Assembly (NCBI GenBank): GCA_052388435.1
Contig: JBQTIC010000054.1
Location: 2,739-66,738, forward strand
Length of the DNA stretch: 64,000 nucleotides
Direction of reading: 5' to 3'
DNA from: Chromatiales bacterium
Lineage (GTDB): Bacteria > Pseudomonadota > Gammaproteobacteria > JAJPIJ01
Under the pieces are notes generated by a model. It was not told where the DNA came from and searched no databases. It saw only the letters and a program-made list of their open reading frames with translations. The number at the start of each line of letters is the position of its first letter. The first letter of the stretch is position 1. Positions 9,661 to 19,179 of this stretch are shown here, piece after piece. The position numbers were made by a program, and so were the translations under genes.

Positions 9661-12220
9661 CGATCGGATGAAACCATCCCGCATCGCAGCCGTTGCCGCG
9701 TTCCTGCGACAGAGCCTGCGCCATGTCTCCCGGCACCCGGCTCAGATGCTGCTGGCACTCGTCGGGATTACCCTTGGGGTCGCGGTGGTCGTCGGCATCG
9801 ATCTGGCCAGGGCCAGCGCGCAGCGCAGCTTCGAGCTCGCCATCGACGATGTCGTGGGCAAAGCGACACATCACATCGTCGGCGGACCGGAGGGGGTCGA
9901 TGAATCGCTTTACGCCCGGCTGCGCGGCCGGGGCATACACCCCCTCGCACCGATCGTAGAAGCGCAGGTGACCGTCACCGGCCAGCCGGGTGTCCTGCTC
10001 AGATGGCTCGGTGTAGACCCGCTCGCTGAATCGTCGTTCCGCGAAGGGACTGCGGCCCGAGGCGAAAGCGGGTCAGCGTTGCTCGCCGCTCTGATAACGG
10101 AGCAGGGCACGGCACTTGTCTCGCGGGCCATGGCCGCCTCGCTCGGTCTGCGGATTGATGACACTCTGCGTGTGGATCGTGGCGGCGCCAGTCATGCGCT
10201 CCGCATCGTGGGCTGGCTCGCTGACGGCGATGATCCCGACTCTCCACGTTTCCGTGACCTTCTCGTTACCGACATCGCCACCGCACAGGAACTGCTTGGC
10301 GTGCTCGGCCGCCTCACCCGCATCGATGTCATCGCCCGCGACGAGGCGGCGGCGGAGCGCATCCGGCGGATCCTGCCGCGGGACGTTGAACTCATCGGGA
10401 GCGCGCGGCAGGGGGAGGCTTTGGAACAGATGGCGCGCGCCTTCACAACCCAGCTCCAGGCATTGAGCCTGCTCGCTGTCCTTGTTGGCATGTTCCTCAT
10501 CTACAACACGATGACATTCCTTGTCCTGCAGCGACGCGAAGTGCTTGGTACTCTGCGCGCGCTCGGCGTGACGCGGAGCGAGGTGTTCCTGCTTATCATC
10601 GTCGAGTCGCTTTGCCTGGCGCTGGCGGGCACGCTGCTGGGCATCCTTGCCGGTATCGTGCTCGGAAGCGGACTGACACGTCTGGTCGCACGCACGATCA
10701 GCGACCATTACTATGCGCTCACGGTGCGCGGCCTCGCGGTGTCTCCCTGGCTCCTCCTCAAAGCTGCCAGCGTCGGCCTGATCAGCACCCTGGTCGCTGG
10801 CCTCGCACCCGCCACTGACGCGGCCCGCGTGGTGCCCAGCATGGCGATGCGGCGCGAGGCAGCCGAGGCGACCACAGGTCGAGTCACCCGTGCCCTGACC
10901 CGAGCGGCGGTGATCCTTCTGATCGCCGCGATGCTCGTGCTCGCTATGCCAGGCAGCATCCGTTGGGGCTTTCTCGGTCTCGCCCTCCTCGTGCTTGGCT
11001 GCACAGCTCTCACGCCGGCAGTGTGCACGCGTATCTTAAGCAGCGGCGCGCCGCCGCTCGCCCGCCTGTTCGGCTGGCGCGGCGATCTCGCCGCGCGAAG
11101 CATCGTGCGATCCTTGAGCCGCACCGCGCCGGCGATCACCGCGCTGATGCTAGCGGTGGCGGCGACCGTCGGCATCGGCCTGATGATCACCAGCTTCCGC
11201 GGCGCTGTCGATGAGTGGCTGGCGCAATTGCTGCGTGCCGACCTGTACGTCTCCGCCACCGGAGCCGGACAGGCGGCGCAACCGCTGCCCGCGGATCTGG
11301 CGGGGCGCATACGCGCGCTGCCGGAAGTGAAAGCGATCAGCACCGCGCGCCGCCTGGTGCTTGACTTACGGGAAGGTCGCCAGCAACTGGTTGTCTACGC
11401 GCTCGCGCCGAAATCCTACGCGGGCTTCCGCTTTCTCTCCGGCGGCGGCGCGGCGACATGGACCGCCTTCGAATCCAGCGATGCGGTCATCGTGTCCGAA
11501 CCGTACGCGATCCGCCACGGCCTCGCAGTGGGTAACATCGTCGCATTGCGGACGGATCGCGGGCCTCACCCGTTCGCCCTCGCCGGAATTTACCGCGATT
11601 ACGCTTCTGATCAGGGCACGATCGCGATCAGCCGGCGCACCTACGACCGTCACTTCCGCGATCGCGCGATCACCGGCATCGGTGTGTACGGCCGCGCGGA
11701 GGTCACGCTACCCGCCCTCACCCGCAGCGTGCAATCCGTCATCGGACCGCTGCCACACGTGTCGGTGAGTTCGCGCAACATGCTGCGCCGCTCATCGCTG
11801 CAGATTTTCGATCGCACCTTCACCGTCACCGAGGTTCTGCGCGTTATCGCCGGCATCATCGCCTTCATCGGCGTGGCCGGAAGTCTCATTGCCCTGCAGC
11901 TCGAGCGGCGCTACGAGCACGGTGTCCTGCGCGCGATCGGCGTCACGCCCACCGAACTTACGACGCTTATCGTCGGTCAGGCGGCACTCATGGGCTTGCT
12001 GGCGGGCCTGCTTGCCATGCCGGTCGGCATCGGCATGGCGGCCGCGCTGGTGTATGTCATCAACGTGCGCGCCTTCGGCTGGAGCATGAGCCTGCACGTT
12101 AATCCGGCCGTGCTGGCCCATGGCCTGCTGCTGGCGACCATAGCGGCGCTCCTGGCCGGCGCCTACGCCGCGCTCGCCGCCTCGCGCCGGCGCCCCGCGC
12201 AATCCCTCCGCCAGGAGTGA
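9653..12220 (+). CDS. ABC transporter permease, tandem FtsX-like domains (YbbP/MacB-type, no periplasmic large loop assignment)
   Basis: ~855 aa with two blocks of 4 TM helices typical of duplicated FtsX permeases. ORF track start 9584 lies inside the ATPase gene; ATG 9653 (overlapping stop) or 9668 is more likely. Confidence 0.8.
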   Translation: MHSDRMKPSRIAAVAAFLRQSLRHVSRHPAQMLLALVGITLGVAVVVGIDLARASAQRSFELAIDDVVGKATHHIVGGPEGVDESLYARLRGRGIHPLAPIVEAQVTVTGQPGVLLRWLGVDPLAESSFREGTAARGESGSALLAALITEQGTALVSRAMAASLGLRIDDTLRVDRGGASHALRIVGWLADGDDPDSPRFRDLLVTDIATAQELLGVLGRLTRIDVIARDEAAAERIRRILPRDVELIGSARQGEALEQMARAFTTQLQALSLLAVLVGMFLIYNTMTFLVLQRREVLGTLRALGVTRSEVFLLIIVESLCLALAGTLLGILAGIVLGSGLTRLVARTISDHYYALTVRGLAVSPWLLLKAASVGLISTLVAGLAPATDAARVVPSMAMRREAAEATTGRVTRALTRAAVILLIAAMLVLAMPGSIRWGFLGLALLVLGCTALTPAVCTRILSSGAPPLARLFGWRGDLAARSIVRSLSRTAPAITALMLAVAATVGIGLMITSFRGAVDEWLAQLLRADLYVSATGAGQAAQPLPADLAGRIRALPEVKAISTARRLVLDLREGRQQLVVYALAPKSYAGFRFLSGGGAATWTAFESSDAVIVSEPYAIRHGLAVGNIVALRTDRGPHPFALAGIYRDYASDQGTIAISRRTYDRHFRDRAITGIGVYGRAEVTLPALTRSVQSVIGPLPHVSVSSRNMLRRSSLQIFDRTFTVTEVLRVIAGIIAFIGVAGSLIALQLERRYEHGVLRAIGVTPTELTTLIVGQAALMGLLAGLLAMPVGIGMAAALVYVINVRAFGWSMSLHVNPAVLAHGLLLATIAALLAGAYAALAASRRRPAQSLRQE

Positions 12221-13380
12221 TCGCCTTGACGGATCGGTTCGCGCACAAAGCATGGCCGCTTATCATCGCGGCGTCGCTCGCAGGTTGCCTCAGCGGTTGC
12301 GACGAGCCGGCAGCGCCGACGACCGTGCCGGTGACGCGCCTGCTTGGTGCGGCCGGTCTTGACCATGGCTACGCGCGTGCAGAACAGCTACGGGAGTTCC
12401 GCTTCCCCGCCGATCACGGCGCGCATCCACGGTTCCGCAGTGAGTGGTGGTACTTCACCGGCAACTTGCGCACGGGTGATGGACGCCTATTTGGTTATCA
12501 GTTGACCTTCTTCCGCTTTGCGCTGTCGCCGCATCCAGTAACGTCTGCCCGCTCTTCCTGGCGCAGCAACGAGTTGTACCTCGCCCACTTTGCGCTCACC
12601 GACATCGAGGGCCGCCGCTTCCATGCCTTTGAGCGCAGCAGCCGCACTGCGCTGGAGATCGCGGGGGCCAGCGCCGAGCCGTTCGCCGTCTGGCTCGATA
12701 ACTGGTCGGCCCGCAGCGATGCAGGCGCGTTCGCACCGCGACTGCGGGCGGCTGCGGAGGATGCTCGCATCGATCTGCAACTTTCGCCAGGCAAGCCCGT
12801 GGTGCTGCAGGGCGACCGGGGCCTGAGCCGCAAGGGCGTGCGGCCCGGCGACGCCTCGTACTACTACTCGCTCACCCGCATGCCGACCTCAGGAACGGTC
12901 ACGCTTGCAGGCCGCGTGTTCCACGTCGAAGGCGCGAGCTGGATGGATCGCGAATGGTCGACTTCCGCGCTCGAGCCCGAACAGGTCGGCTGGGACTGGT
13001 TTGCCCTGCAATTCGAGGATGGGCGCGATCTGATGTTCTACCGGCTGCGCCGCCGCGACGGCAGCGTTGATCCGCACAGCGCTGGTGTTCTGGTGGGAGC
13101 GGATGGTTCGACGACGCCCGTCAGTCACAACGCGGTAATTACCGATGAGCTGTCGACCTGGCGCAGCTCGCGCAGTGGCGTGCGGTATCCGGCGCGCTGG
13201 CGCCTGCGCGTCCCCTCAGCGGATTTGGACGTGGAGATACAACCGCTGCTGGCGGATCAGGAACTCGACCTCTCCGTGCGCTACTGGGAGGGGGCGATCC
13301 GGTTCGTGGGCGCGGGCAACGGGAAGTCCGTCGCCGGCGTGGGTTATGCGGAACTGGTGGGTTACGCTACCAGCCGGTAG
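12217..13380 (+). CDS. AttH-like lipocalin/CrtC-domain lipoprotein (ABC-transporter-associated)
   Basis: GTG start overlapping FtsX stop (GTGA). Lipoprotein signal ...WPLIIAASLAGC. FRFPADHGAHP..EWWYFTGNL...GYQLTFFR matches the hydroxyneurosporene-synthase/AttH family found after AttF/AttG-type transporters. Confidence 0.65.
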   Translation: MIALTDRFAHKAWPLIIAASLAGCLSGCDEPAAPTTVPVTRLLGAAGLDHGYARAEQLREFRFPADHGAHPRFRSEWWYFTGNLRTGDGRLFGYQLTFFRFALSPHPVTSARSSWRSNELYLAHFALTDIEGRRFHAFERSSRTALEIAGASAEPFAVWLDNWSARSDAGAFAPRLRAAAEDARIDLQLSPGKPVVLQGDRGLSRKGVRPGDASYYYSLTRMPTSGTVTLAGRVFHVEGASWMDREWSTSALEPEQVGWDWFALQFEDGRDLMFYRLRRRDGSVDPHSAGVLVGADGSTTPVSHNAVITDELSTWRSSRSGVRYPARWRLRVPSADLDVEIQPLLADQELDLSVRYWEGAIRFVGAGNGKSVAGVGYAELVGYATSR

Positions 13381-14741
13381 CAGGGCACGTACTCTCGGCC
13401 GGGCAGCCGCATGCGCTGCTCGGCAACGAAGGCGCGCAACAGGCGGTCGAGCGGGTCCATGATCCTTCGCTCGCCGTGGATCTCAAACGGTCCATGCTTC
13501 TCCACGGCGCGCATGCCCTCTTCCTTGACGTTACCGGCGACGATCCCCGCGAAGGCACGGCGCAGGTTGCAGGCGAGCTGGTGCACAGGCTGATCGCGGT
13601 GCAGGGCAAGGCGCAACATGTTCTCGTGGGTCGCCCTGAACGGCTGCTGGAACTCCAGGTCGAGGCGCAGATGCCAGTTAAAGTAATAGGCCTCGTCGTA
13701 GCGTTCGCGGTAGCTCATCACTTCGTTTATCTCCGCGAGGACGCTGCGCGCCACTTCGGCGGGATCGCCGATGATGAGACGCAGGCGCGAGCTGACCTCG
13801 CCGCCCACCGTCGCTTCTATGAAACCGACCAGATCCCGGAAATACCCCTCACTCGACGCCGGTCCAGTGAGGAGCAGCGGAAAGGGAAGATCACGATTCT
13901 CCGGATGCATGAGGATGCCCAGCAGATAGAGTATTTCCTCCGCGGTGCCCACGCCCCCCGGGAACACGATGAAGCCGTGGCCCAGGCGCACGAACGCCTC
14001 CAGCCGCTTCTCCATGTCCGGCATGATGGCCAGCTCATTGACGATGGGGTTCGGCGACTCGGCGGCGATGATGCCCGGCTCCGAGATGCCGATGTAGCGG
14101 CCGTGGCGAAAGCGCTGTTTGGCGTGGCCGACCGCTGCGCCCTTCATCGGCCCTTTCATGGCTCCGGGGCCGCAGCCCGTGCACACGTTCACGCCGCGCA
14201 GGCCAAGTTCATAGCCAACCCGCTTGGTGTAATCATATTCCTCTCGGCTGACGGAGTGACCGCCCCAGCAGACCACCAGTTTGGAGCCCGCACCTGAGCG
14301 CAAGATCCGCGCATTGCGCAGAACGCTGAATACGGCATCGGTGATGCCCGACGAGGTCGAGAGGTTGAAGCGGCCACTGCGCTGGACTTCATTGTGCACA
14401 TACAGGATGTCGCGGACCACGGCGAAGAGGTGCTCGCGGATGCCGCGGATCATCTTGCCGTCCACAAACGCATTCGCCGGGGCGTTCACAATCTCCATCT
14501 TCACGCCCCGCTCCTGCTGCACCAGCCTGACATCGAAATCCGCATGCGCGGCGAGCACTGCGCGCGTGTCGTCGGCATCGCTGCCGCTGTTCAGCACCGC
14601 CAGACAACAGCGGCGGAAGATCTCGTAGAGGCCCCCGCTGCCCGTGTCGCACAACTCGTTGACCTCGCGTTGTGACAATACCTCGAGGCTGCCCTCCGGA
14701 TTGACGACAGCGTTGATTCCGTTGCTCATCCAGCCCTCCAA
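13362..14741 (-). CDS. ppnN: nucleotide 5'-monophosphate nucleosidase PpnN (LOG family, YgdH)
   Basis: Aligns end to end with E. coli PpnN: LAVLNSGS...ERGVKMEIVNAPANAFVDGKMIRGIREHLFAVVRDIL...VVCWGGHS...NVCTGCGPGAMKGPMKGAAVGHA...PGGVGTAEEILYLLGILM...NVKEEGMRAVEKHGPFEIHG. 3' end overlaps the AttH-like gene by 19 nt (convergent). Confidence 0.85.
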   Translation of the reverse strand: MEGWMSNGINAVVNPEGSLEVLSQREVNELCDTGSGGLYEIFRRCCLAVLNSGSDADDTRAVLAAHADFDVRLVQQERGVKMEIVNAPANAFVDGKMIRGIREHLFAVVRDILYVHNEVQRSGRFNLSTSSGITDAVFSVLRNARILRSGAGSKLVVCWGGHSVSREEYDYTKRVGYELGLRGVNVCTGCGPGAMKGPMKGAAVGHAKQRFRHGRYIGISEPGIIAAESPNPIVNELAIMPDMEKRLEAFVRLGHGFIVFPGGVGTAEEILYLLGILMHPENRDLPFPLLLTGPASSEGYFRDLVGFIEATVGGEVSSRLRLIIGDPAEVARSVLAEINEVMSYRERYDEAYYFNWHLRLDLEFQQPFRATHENMLRLALHRDQPVHQLACNLRRAFAGIVAGNVKEEGMRAVEKHGPFEIHGERRIMDPLDRLLRAFVAEQRMRLPGREYVPCYRLVA

Positions 14742-14844
14742 CCGTCCTGCAACGCGTTGTTAGTGGTATTGAAACATCGCCGCAACATTACTCCTGCAAA
14801 TTATCGGCCTGGGTCTTTGGACTTCAATCCCGGGAGGGTCGATA

Positions 14845-15089
14845 TGCATCACGTTAACACACACAGCAACTTGCAACGGCTTTACGGTCACACCGCACCG
14901 GGTTGGGATCGGTCAGGCGCCGAGTGTCAGACGCGGTGGTGGCAGTTGCTCGAACACATCGTCGAGCTGGAAGAACTCATCGCAGATCTCAGGGCCAACG
15001 ACGACGAGACCTCTGCGATCATCGTGCGCCGGTTGTCCAACACGCTGCAGCAACAACTGGATGTCTTGAAGTCTATCGACGTCGGCTGA
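14845..15089 (+). CDS. hypothetical small protein (81 aa)
   Basis: ATG 14845 preceded by GGGAGGG RBS. Acidic helical C-terminus (LEHIVELEELIADLRANDDE). No family recognised; weak call. Confidence 0.3.
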
Positions 15090-15535
15090 CTTGAGGTGTG
15101 CAGGCCAGCACTTACGGACATCTGGCCGCCCTTCAAGCAGCCACATTGGTAGTCTCTTGCCCGTTTGTTAGGATTGAATATGGTCGCCCTCGTTAGCTCA
15201 GCGAGCGAGGTGGGCGAGTCGGACATAGCCAGTCATGCCGTGAATGACTGGCCCGACGAGCGCCTTGCCATGGATGGCAGGGCCGGGGATCCCCGACGAC
15301 AGCCGGTAGCCAGGACGGTAACTCATCTTCAATCGGACGAGGCCCAGCGAACGCCGAGACAGGGGTGAGGCGGTTTAAGACGGCCGTCCGGTGAACGGCC
15401 GCCCCGCCGAACGGGCAAGCTAAGGATGGCTTGCCCTGTCTTGCGAGCGGAGCAGGACTGCGAAGCGATGCAAGCGAGGCCGGTAGGAGGCTCCATGGAC
15501 GGAAGCAAAACCTTACAATCATCACTGCCACACGC

Positions 15536-15611
15536 GCCCTGGTAGCTCAGGGGATAGAGCAACCGCCTCCTAAGCGGTAGGTCGGCGGTTCGAGTCCGCC
15601 CCAGGGCGCCA
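15536..15611 (+). tRNA. tRNA-Arg (anticodon CCU)
   Basis: Cloverleaf: acceptor GCCCTGG/CCAGGGC, D-arm GCTC-AGGGGATA-GAGC, anticodon stem ACCGC/GCGGT with loop CU-CCU-AA, T-arm GGCGG-TTCGAGT-CCGCC, discriminator G, encoded CCA. Confidence 0.9.
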
Positions 15612-15612
15612 C

Positions 15613-15637
15613 ATCGCCGTTGCTTCTGCGGCGATCC
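15613..15637 (+). terminator. hairpin after tRNA-Arg (candidate intrinsic terminator)
   Basis: ATCGCCG-ttgcttctg-CGGCGAT (7-bp stem) followed by a T-rich tract (CCTTGCTATCTTCATTTAATTT). Confidence 0.35.
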
Positions 15638-15929
15638 TTGCTATCTTCATTTAATTTACGGCCGACTGCGTCGGCGGTTTCCAGGACCATCCGTGGTCCT
15701 GGCCCTGCGGGTCCGCCTGCCACTTGCCAGGAGGGGCGGAACGTGGATGGAAGCCTGGGCTGCGTTGAATCACGGCGGAGATACCGGCGGTACGACTGCG
15801 GGTGAAATCACGCAAAGCGTGCGATGGTCAGCGCTGATATTTGTTGTGCTGTCGCGGTTACACGTGGTATGTGTGTTGTAGTCCTGCAGTCGGCGCTCAA
15901 TTCATCGCTGTGCGCTAGAGTTTTCGCTA

Positions 15930-17825
15930 ATGCTGACCGACCACGACATCTATCTGTTCAAGGAAGGCAGTCACGGCCGCCTCTATGAGAAACTGGGCTG
16001 TCACCCGACTGAGAGCAACGGTATCGCAGGCGCCCGCTTTGCGGTGTGGGCGCCAAATGCCCGCGCCGTGTCCGTGATCGGCGACTGGAACGACTGGGAT
16101 GATGCGAAGCATCCTCTGAGTACGCGTGGCGACGGGTCCGGCATCTGGGAAGGATTTGTCGCCGGTGTATCGCGCGGCCAGGCCTACAAATACCGGGTGT
16201 TTTCCGCTTACCGCGACTATCAGGTCGACAAGGCTGATCCGTTCGCATGCTGCGCGGAGACGCCGCCTTCCACCGCATCGCGTGCATGGCGTCTGGACTA
16301 TCAGTGGCAGGACGATGAGTGGATGCGGAGTCGCGGTGCACGCAATGCGCTCGGTGCGCCAATGTCCATCTACGAGGTCCACCTGGGTTCCTGGAAGCGC
16401 GTGCCAGAGGACGGCAACCGCTCTCTCTCCTATCGCGAGCTGGCGGGACCGCTGGCGCAGTACGTGCGGGACCTGGGCTTTACGCACGTTGAGTTCCTGC
16501 CCGTCGCCGAGCATCCCTTCTACGGCTCCTGGGGTTATCAGTGCACCGGCTATTTTGCACCCACCTCACGCTATGGCGCCCCACAGGACTTCATGTATCT
16601 CATCGATGTCCTGCATCAGCACGATATCGGGGTGATTCTCGACTGGGTGCCGTCGCACTTCCCTGATGATCAGTTTGGCTTGAGCTACTTCGACGGCACC
16701 TACCTCTACGAGCACGCCGATCCGAAGAAGGGTTATCACCCGCACTGGCACAGTTACATCTTCAACTACGGACGGCATGAGGTGCGCGGCTTTCTTCTGT
16801 CCAGCGCTCTGTACTGGCTGGAGAAGTATCACGTCGACGGCCTGCGCGTGGACGCCGTTGCTTCTATGCTCTTTCTTGATTACGGACGAGCCGCAGGGGA
16901 ATGGATCCCGAATGTGCATGGCGGCAGAGAGAATCTGGAAGCCGTCCATTTCCTGCGGCTGTTGAACCAGGCCGTCTACCGGGAGTATCCGGACGCGCAG
17001 GTGATCGCCGAGGAGTCCACTGCCTGGCCCATGGTTTCCCGGCCGGTCTATCTCGGCGGCCTTGGTTTCGGCATGAAATGGAACATGGGGTGGATGAACG
17101 ACAGTCTCCGCTACATGGCGCTGGATCCGATCTATCGCAGGCATCACCATGAAACCCTCACCTTCAGCATCTGGTATGCGTTTTCCGAGAACTTCGTGCT
17201 GCCGCTCTCGCACGACGAGGTGGTGCACGGGAAGGGTTCGCTCATCGGGAAGATGCCAGGCGATCGCTGGCAGAAGTTTGCTCACTTACGGCTGCTGTTC
17301 GGCTACATGTGGAGTCACCCCGGCCGGAAGCTGCTTTTCATGGGCGGGGAATTCGGCCAGTGGCAGGAATGGAACCACGAAGCCAGCCTGGACTGGCACT
17401 TGAGCGGTCAAGGCGAACACGGGGGACTGCAGCGGTGGGTAAGCGATCTTAACCGCCTGTATCGCGAAGAACCGGCACTGCACGACGCCGATGTCGGTCC
17501 TGCCGGCTTTGAATGGATCGACTGCCACGATGCCGAGAACAGCGTCATCAGCTTTATGCGCAAGTCCCGCAATGACAGTCACATCATGCTCGTCATCTGC
17601 AATTTCACGCCCGTGCCGCGCAGCAATTACGTGCTGGGCGTACCTCGCGGCGGCCATTGGCAGGAGGTGTTGAACAGTGACGCAGAGACCTACTGCGGGA
17701 GCGGAACGGGCAACATGGGTGGCGTCGAGGCCTCGCCCGTTCCTTCCCATGGCCACCATCACTCGGTGGCCGTCACGCTGCCCCCGTTGGCAACCGTGTA
17801 CTTCAGGAACGTGCAACAGTCATGA
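15930..17825 (+). CDS. glgB: 1,4-alpha-glucan branching enzyme (short GH13_9 form)
   Basis: 631 aa. CBM48 N-domain ([22 protein letters not shown]), GH13 catalytic core ([53 protein letters not shown]). Confidence 0.9.
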   Translation: MLTDHDIYLFKEGSHGRLYEKLGCHPTESNGIAGARFAVWAPNARAVSVIGDWNDWDDAKHPLSTRGDGSGIWEGFVAGVSRGQAYKYRVFSAYRDYQVDKADPFACCAETPPSTASRAWRLDYQWQDDEWMRSRGARNALGAPMSIYEVHLGSWKRVPEDGNRSLSYRELAGPLAQYVRDLGFTHVEFLPVAEHPFYGSWGYQCTGYFAPTSRYGAPQDFMYLIDVLHQHDIGVILDWVPSHFPDDQFGLSYFDGTYLYEHADPKKGYHPHWHSYIFNYGRHEVRGFLLSSALYWLEKYHVDGLRVDAVASMLFLDYGRAAGEWIPNVHGGRENLEAVHFLRLLNQAVYREYPDAQVIAEESTAWPMVSRPVYLGGLGFGMKWNMGWMNDSLRYMALDPIYRRHHHETLTFSIWYAFSENFVLPLSHDEVVHGKGSLIGKMPGDRWQKFAHLRLLFGYMWSHPGRKLLFMGGEFGQWQEWNHEASLDWHLSGQGEHGGLQRWVSDLNRLYREEPALHDADVGPAGFEWIDCHDAENSVISFMRKSRNDSHIMLVICNFTPVPRSNYVLGVPRGGHWQEVLNSDAETYCGSGTGNMGGVEASPVPSHGHHHSVAVTLPPLATVYFRNVQQS

Positions 17826-19088
17826 ACGGCGCTCGCTTGGATCCTGAACTGCGAGCAGCCGCGGCCAGGGATGCGGCGACCCGCTTCGACGCTGGCGTGC
17901 CACCTTTCGAGTCGATGCCGTGGGTCGATCATTTTCTTTCATGGCAGCATGACTTCGGCAGACGAGTTGACACCATGAAGACATCCGGCACCCGGCGCTC
18001 GAGCAGAGCAACACGGGCGTCTTCTTCGGCGACAAGCTCTATCTCAAGGGCACCGACTTGCGCGCGGCATCAACACGGAGCTGGAAATCGGCCGCTTTCT
18101 CACTGAGATCTCACCCTACGCCAACATTGCCCCCGTGCTCGGCGCCGTGGAATACGTGGGCCCGACGGCACGACGATGGCGCTCGCGCCGTTGCAACGGT
18201 ATGTCGAAAACCAGGGCAGCGCCAGGAATCATCGCTGGAGTTTCTCGACCAGATCCTGACTGAGCAGGTCATTAACACGGAGGTCTCGCAACTCGGCGAG
18301 GTCAAGCAATACGACTACTACATGACTCTGATGAAAACACTGGGCCGGCGCGTGGCGGAGTTGCACCGCGCCTTCACGCGGCGAACCGGCGATCCGGCCT
18401 TCGATCCCGAGCCGGTGACCCCCGAGGATATCCGCCAGTGGCCGCAAACAGCAATGGACAAAGCGGCACAGACGGTGGGAACGCTGTCGCAACGCCGCCA
18501 AGAATTTCCGGAAGCGACCGCGCTGCTCATCGACAAACTGTTTCCCGGATTGACCGGATCCGCCGTGCCGTTGAACCCGCGTCCGCCGGCGACTCGGAGA
18601 TGGTTAAAACGCGCTACCACGGCGATCTTCACCTCGGACAGGCGCTGATCGCCGGCGGTGATTTCATCGTGACCGACTTCGAGGGCGAGCCTGCACGGCC
18701 GCTTGCCGAACGCCGGCGCAAGCACTGTCCGCTGCGCGATGTGGCCGGCATGCTGCGTTCGTTCAGCTACGCGGCGGCCACGACGGAGGAACGCCTGGCA
18801 GGCGAACATACGGCCAAACGGGAACGCATCGCTGCGGTTCTCGCGCGCTGGGAAACTCGCACCGGCGAAGCGTTTCTGCAGGGTTACCTCGAGGCCGCCG
18901 CCGATCCCGCCGATCCGGCGGCCGCGCGCGCACTTATCGATCTGTTCATGCTGGAAAAGGCGCTCTACGAGCTGCGCTACGAGCTCGCCCACCGCCCCGA
19001 TTGGGTGAAGGTCCCCCTCCGCGGCCTGCTGGCAGTGCTGAATGTAACGAGACCAGCCTCCGACACCACCGTTGCAACTCAGCCATGA
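17822..19088 (+). pseudogene. maltokinase (Mak/Pep2, GlgE pathway), disrupted by at least 4 frameshifts
   Basis: ATG overlaps glgB stop (ATGA). Maltokinase-like segments (HPALEQSNTGVFFGDKLYLKGTDLRA / GINTELEIGRFLTEISPYANIAPVLGAVEYVGP / DGTTMALAPLQRYVENQG / LEFLDQILTEQ... / ...YHGDLHLGQALIAGGDFIVTDFEGEPARPLAERRRKHCPLRDVAGMLRSFSYAA...) are spread over three frames. Frame switches are needed near 18045, 18165, 18215 and 18600. Confidence 0.7.
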
Positions 19089-19179
19089 TTAGTCCCGTCA
19101 CGGTCCTCTGGCCGGGACGGCCGTATCCGACTTCGCGCGCGGCCGCGTCCAGGACCCGTGGGCGGACGTTTGCCGGCCC

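Noticed and set aside
13476-14297. 273-aa plus-strand ORF
   Set aside because: Antisense to ppnN, which aligns along its full length to E. coli PpnN.
15165-15531. Short ORFs (67-112 aa) and possible RNase P / tmRNA / 6S / SRP RNA identity of the region upstream of tRNA-Arg
   Set aside because: ORFs lack RBS and have shadow-frame composition. The region does not contain the conserved RNase P P4 (AGGAAAGUCCGGGCUCC), tmRNA tag-ORF or tRNA-like ends, or the SRP GGAAGCAGCC motifs. It is kept only as an unexplained structured region.
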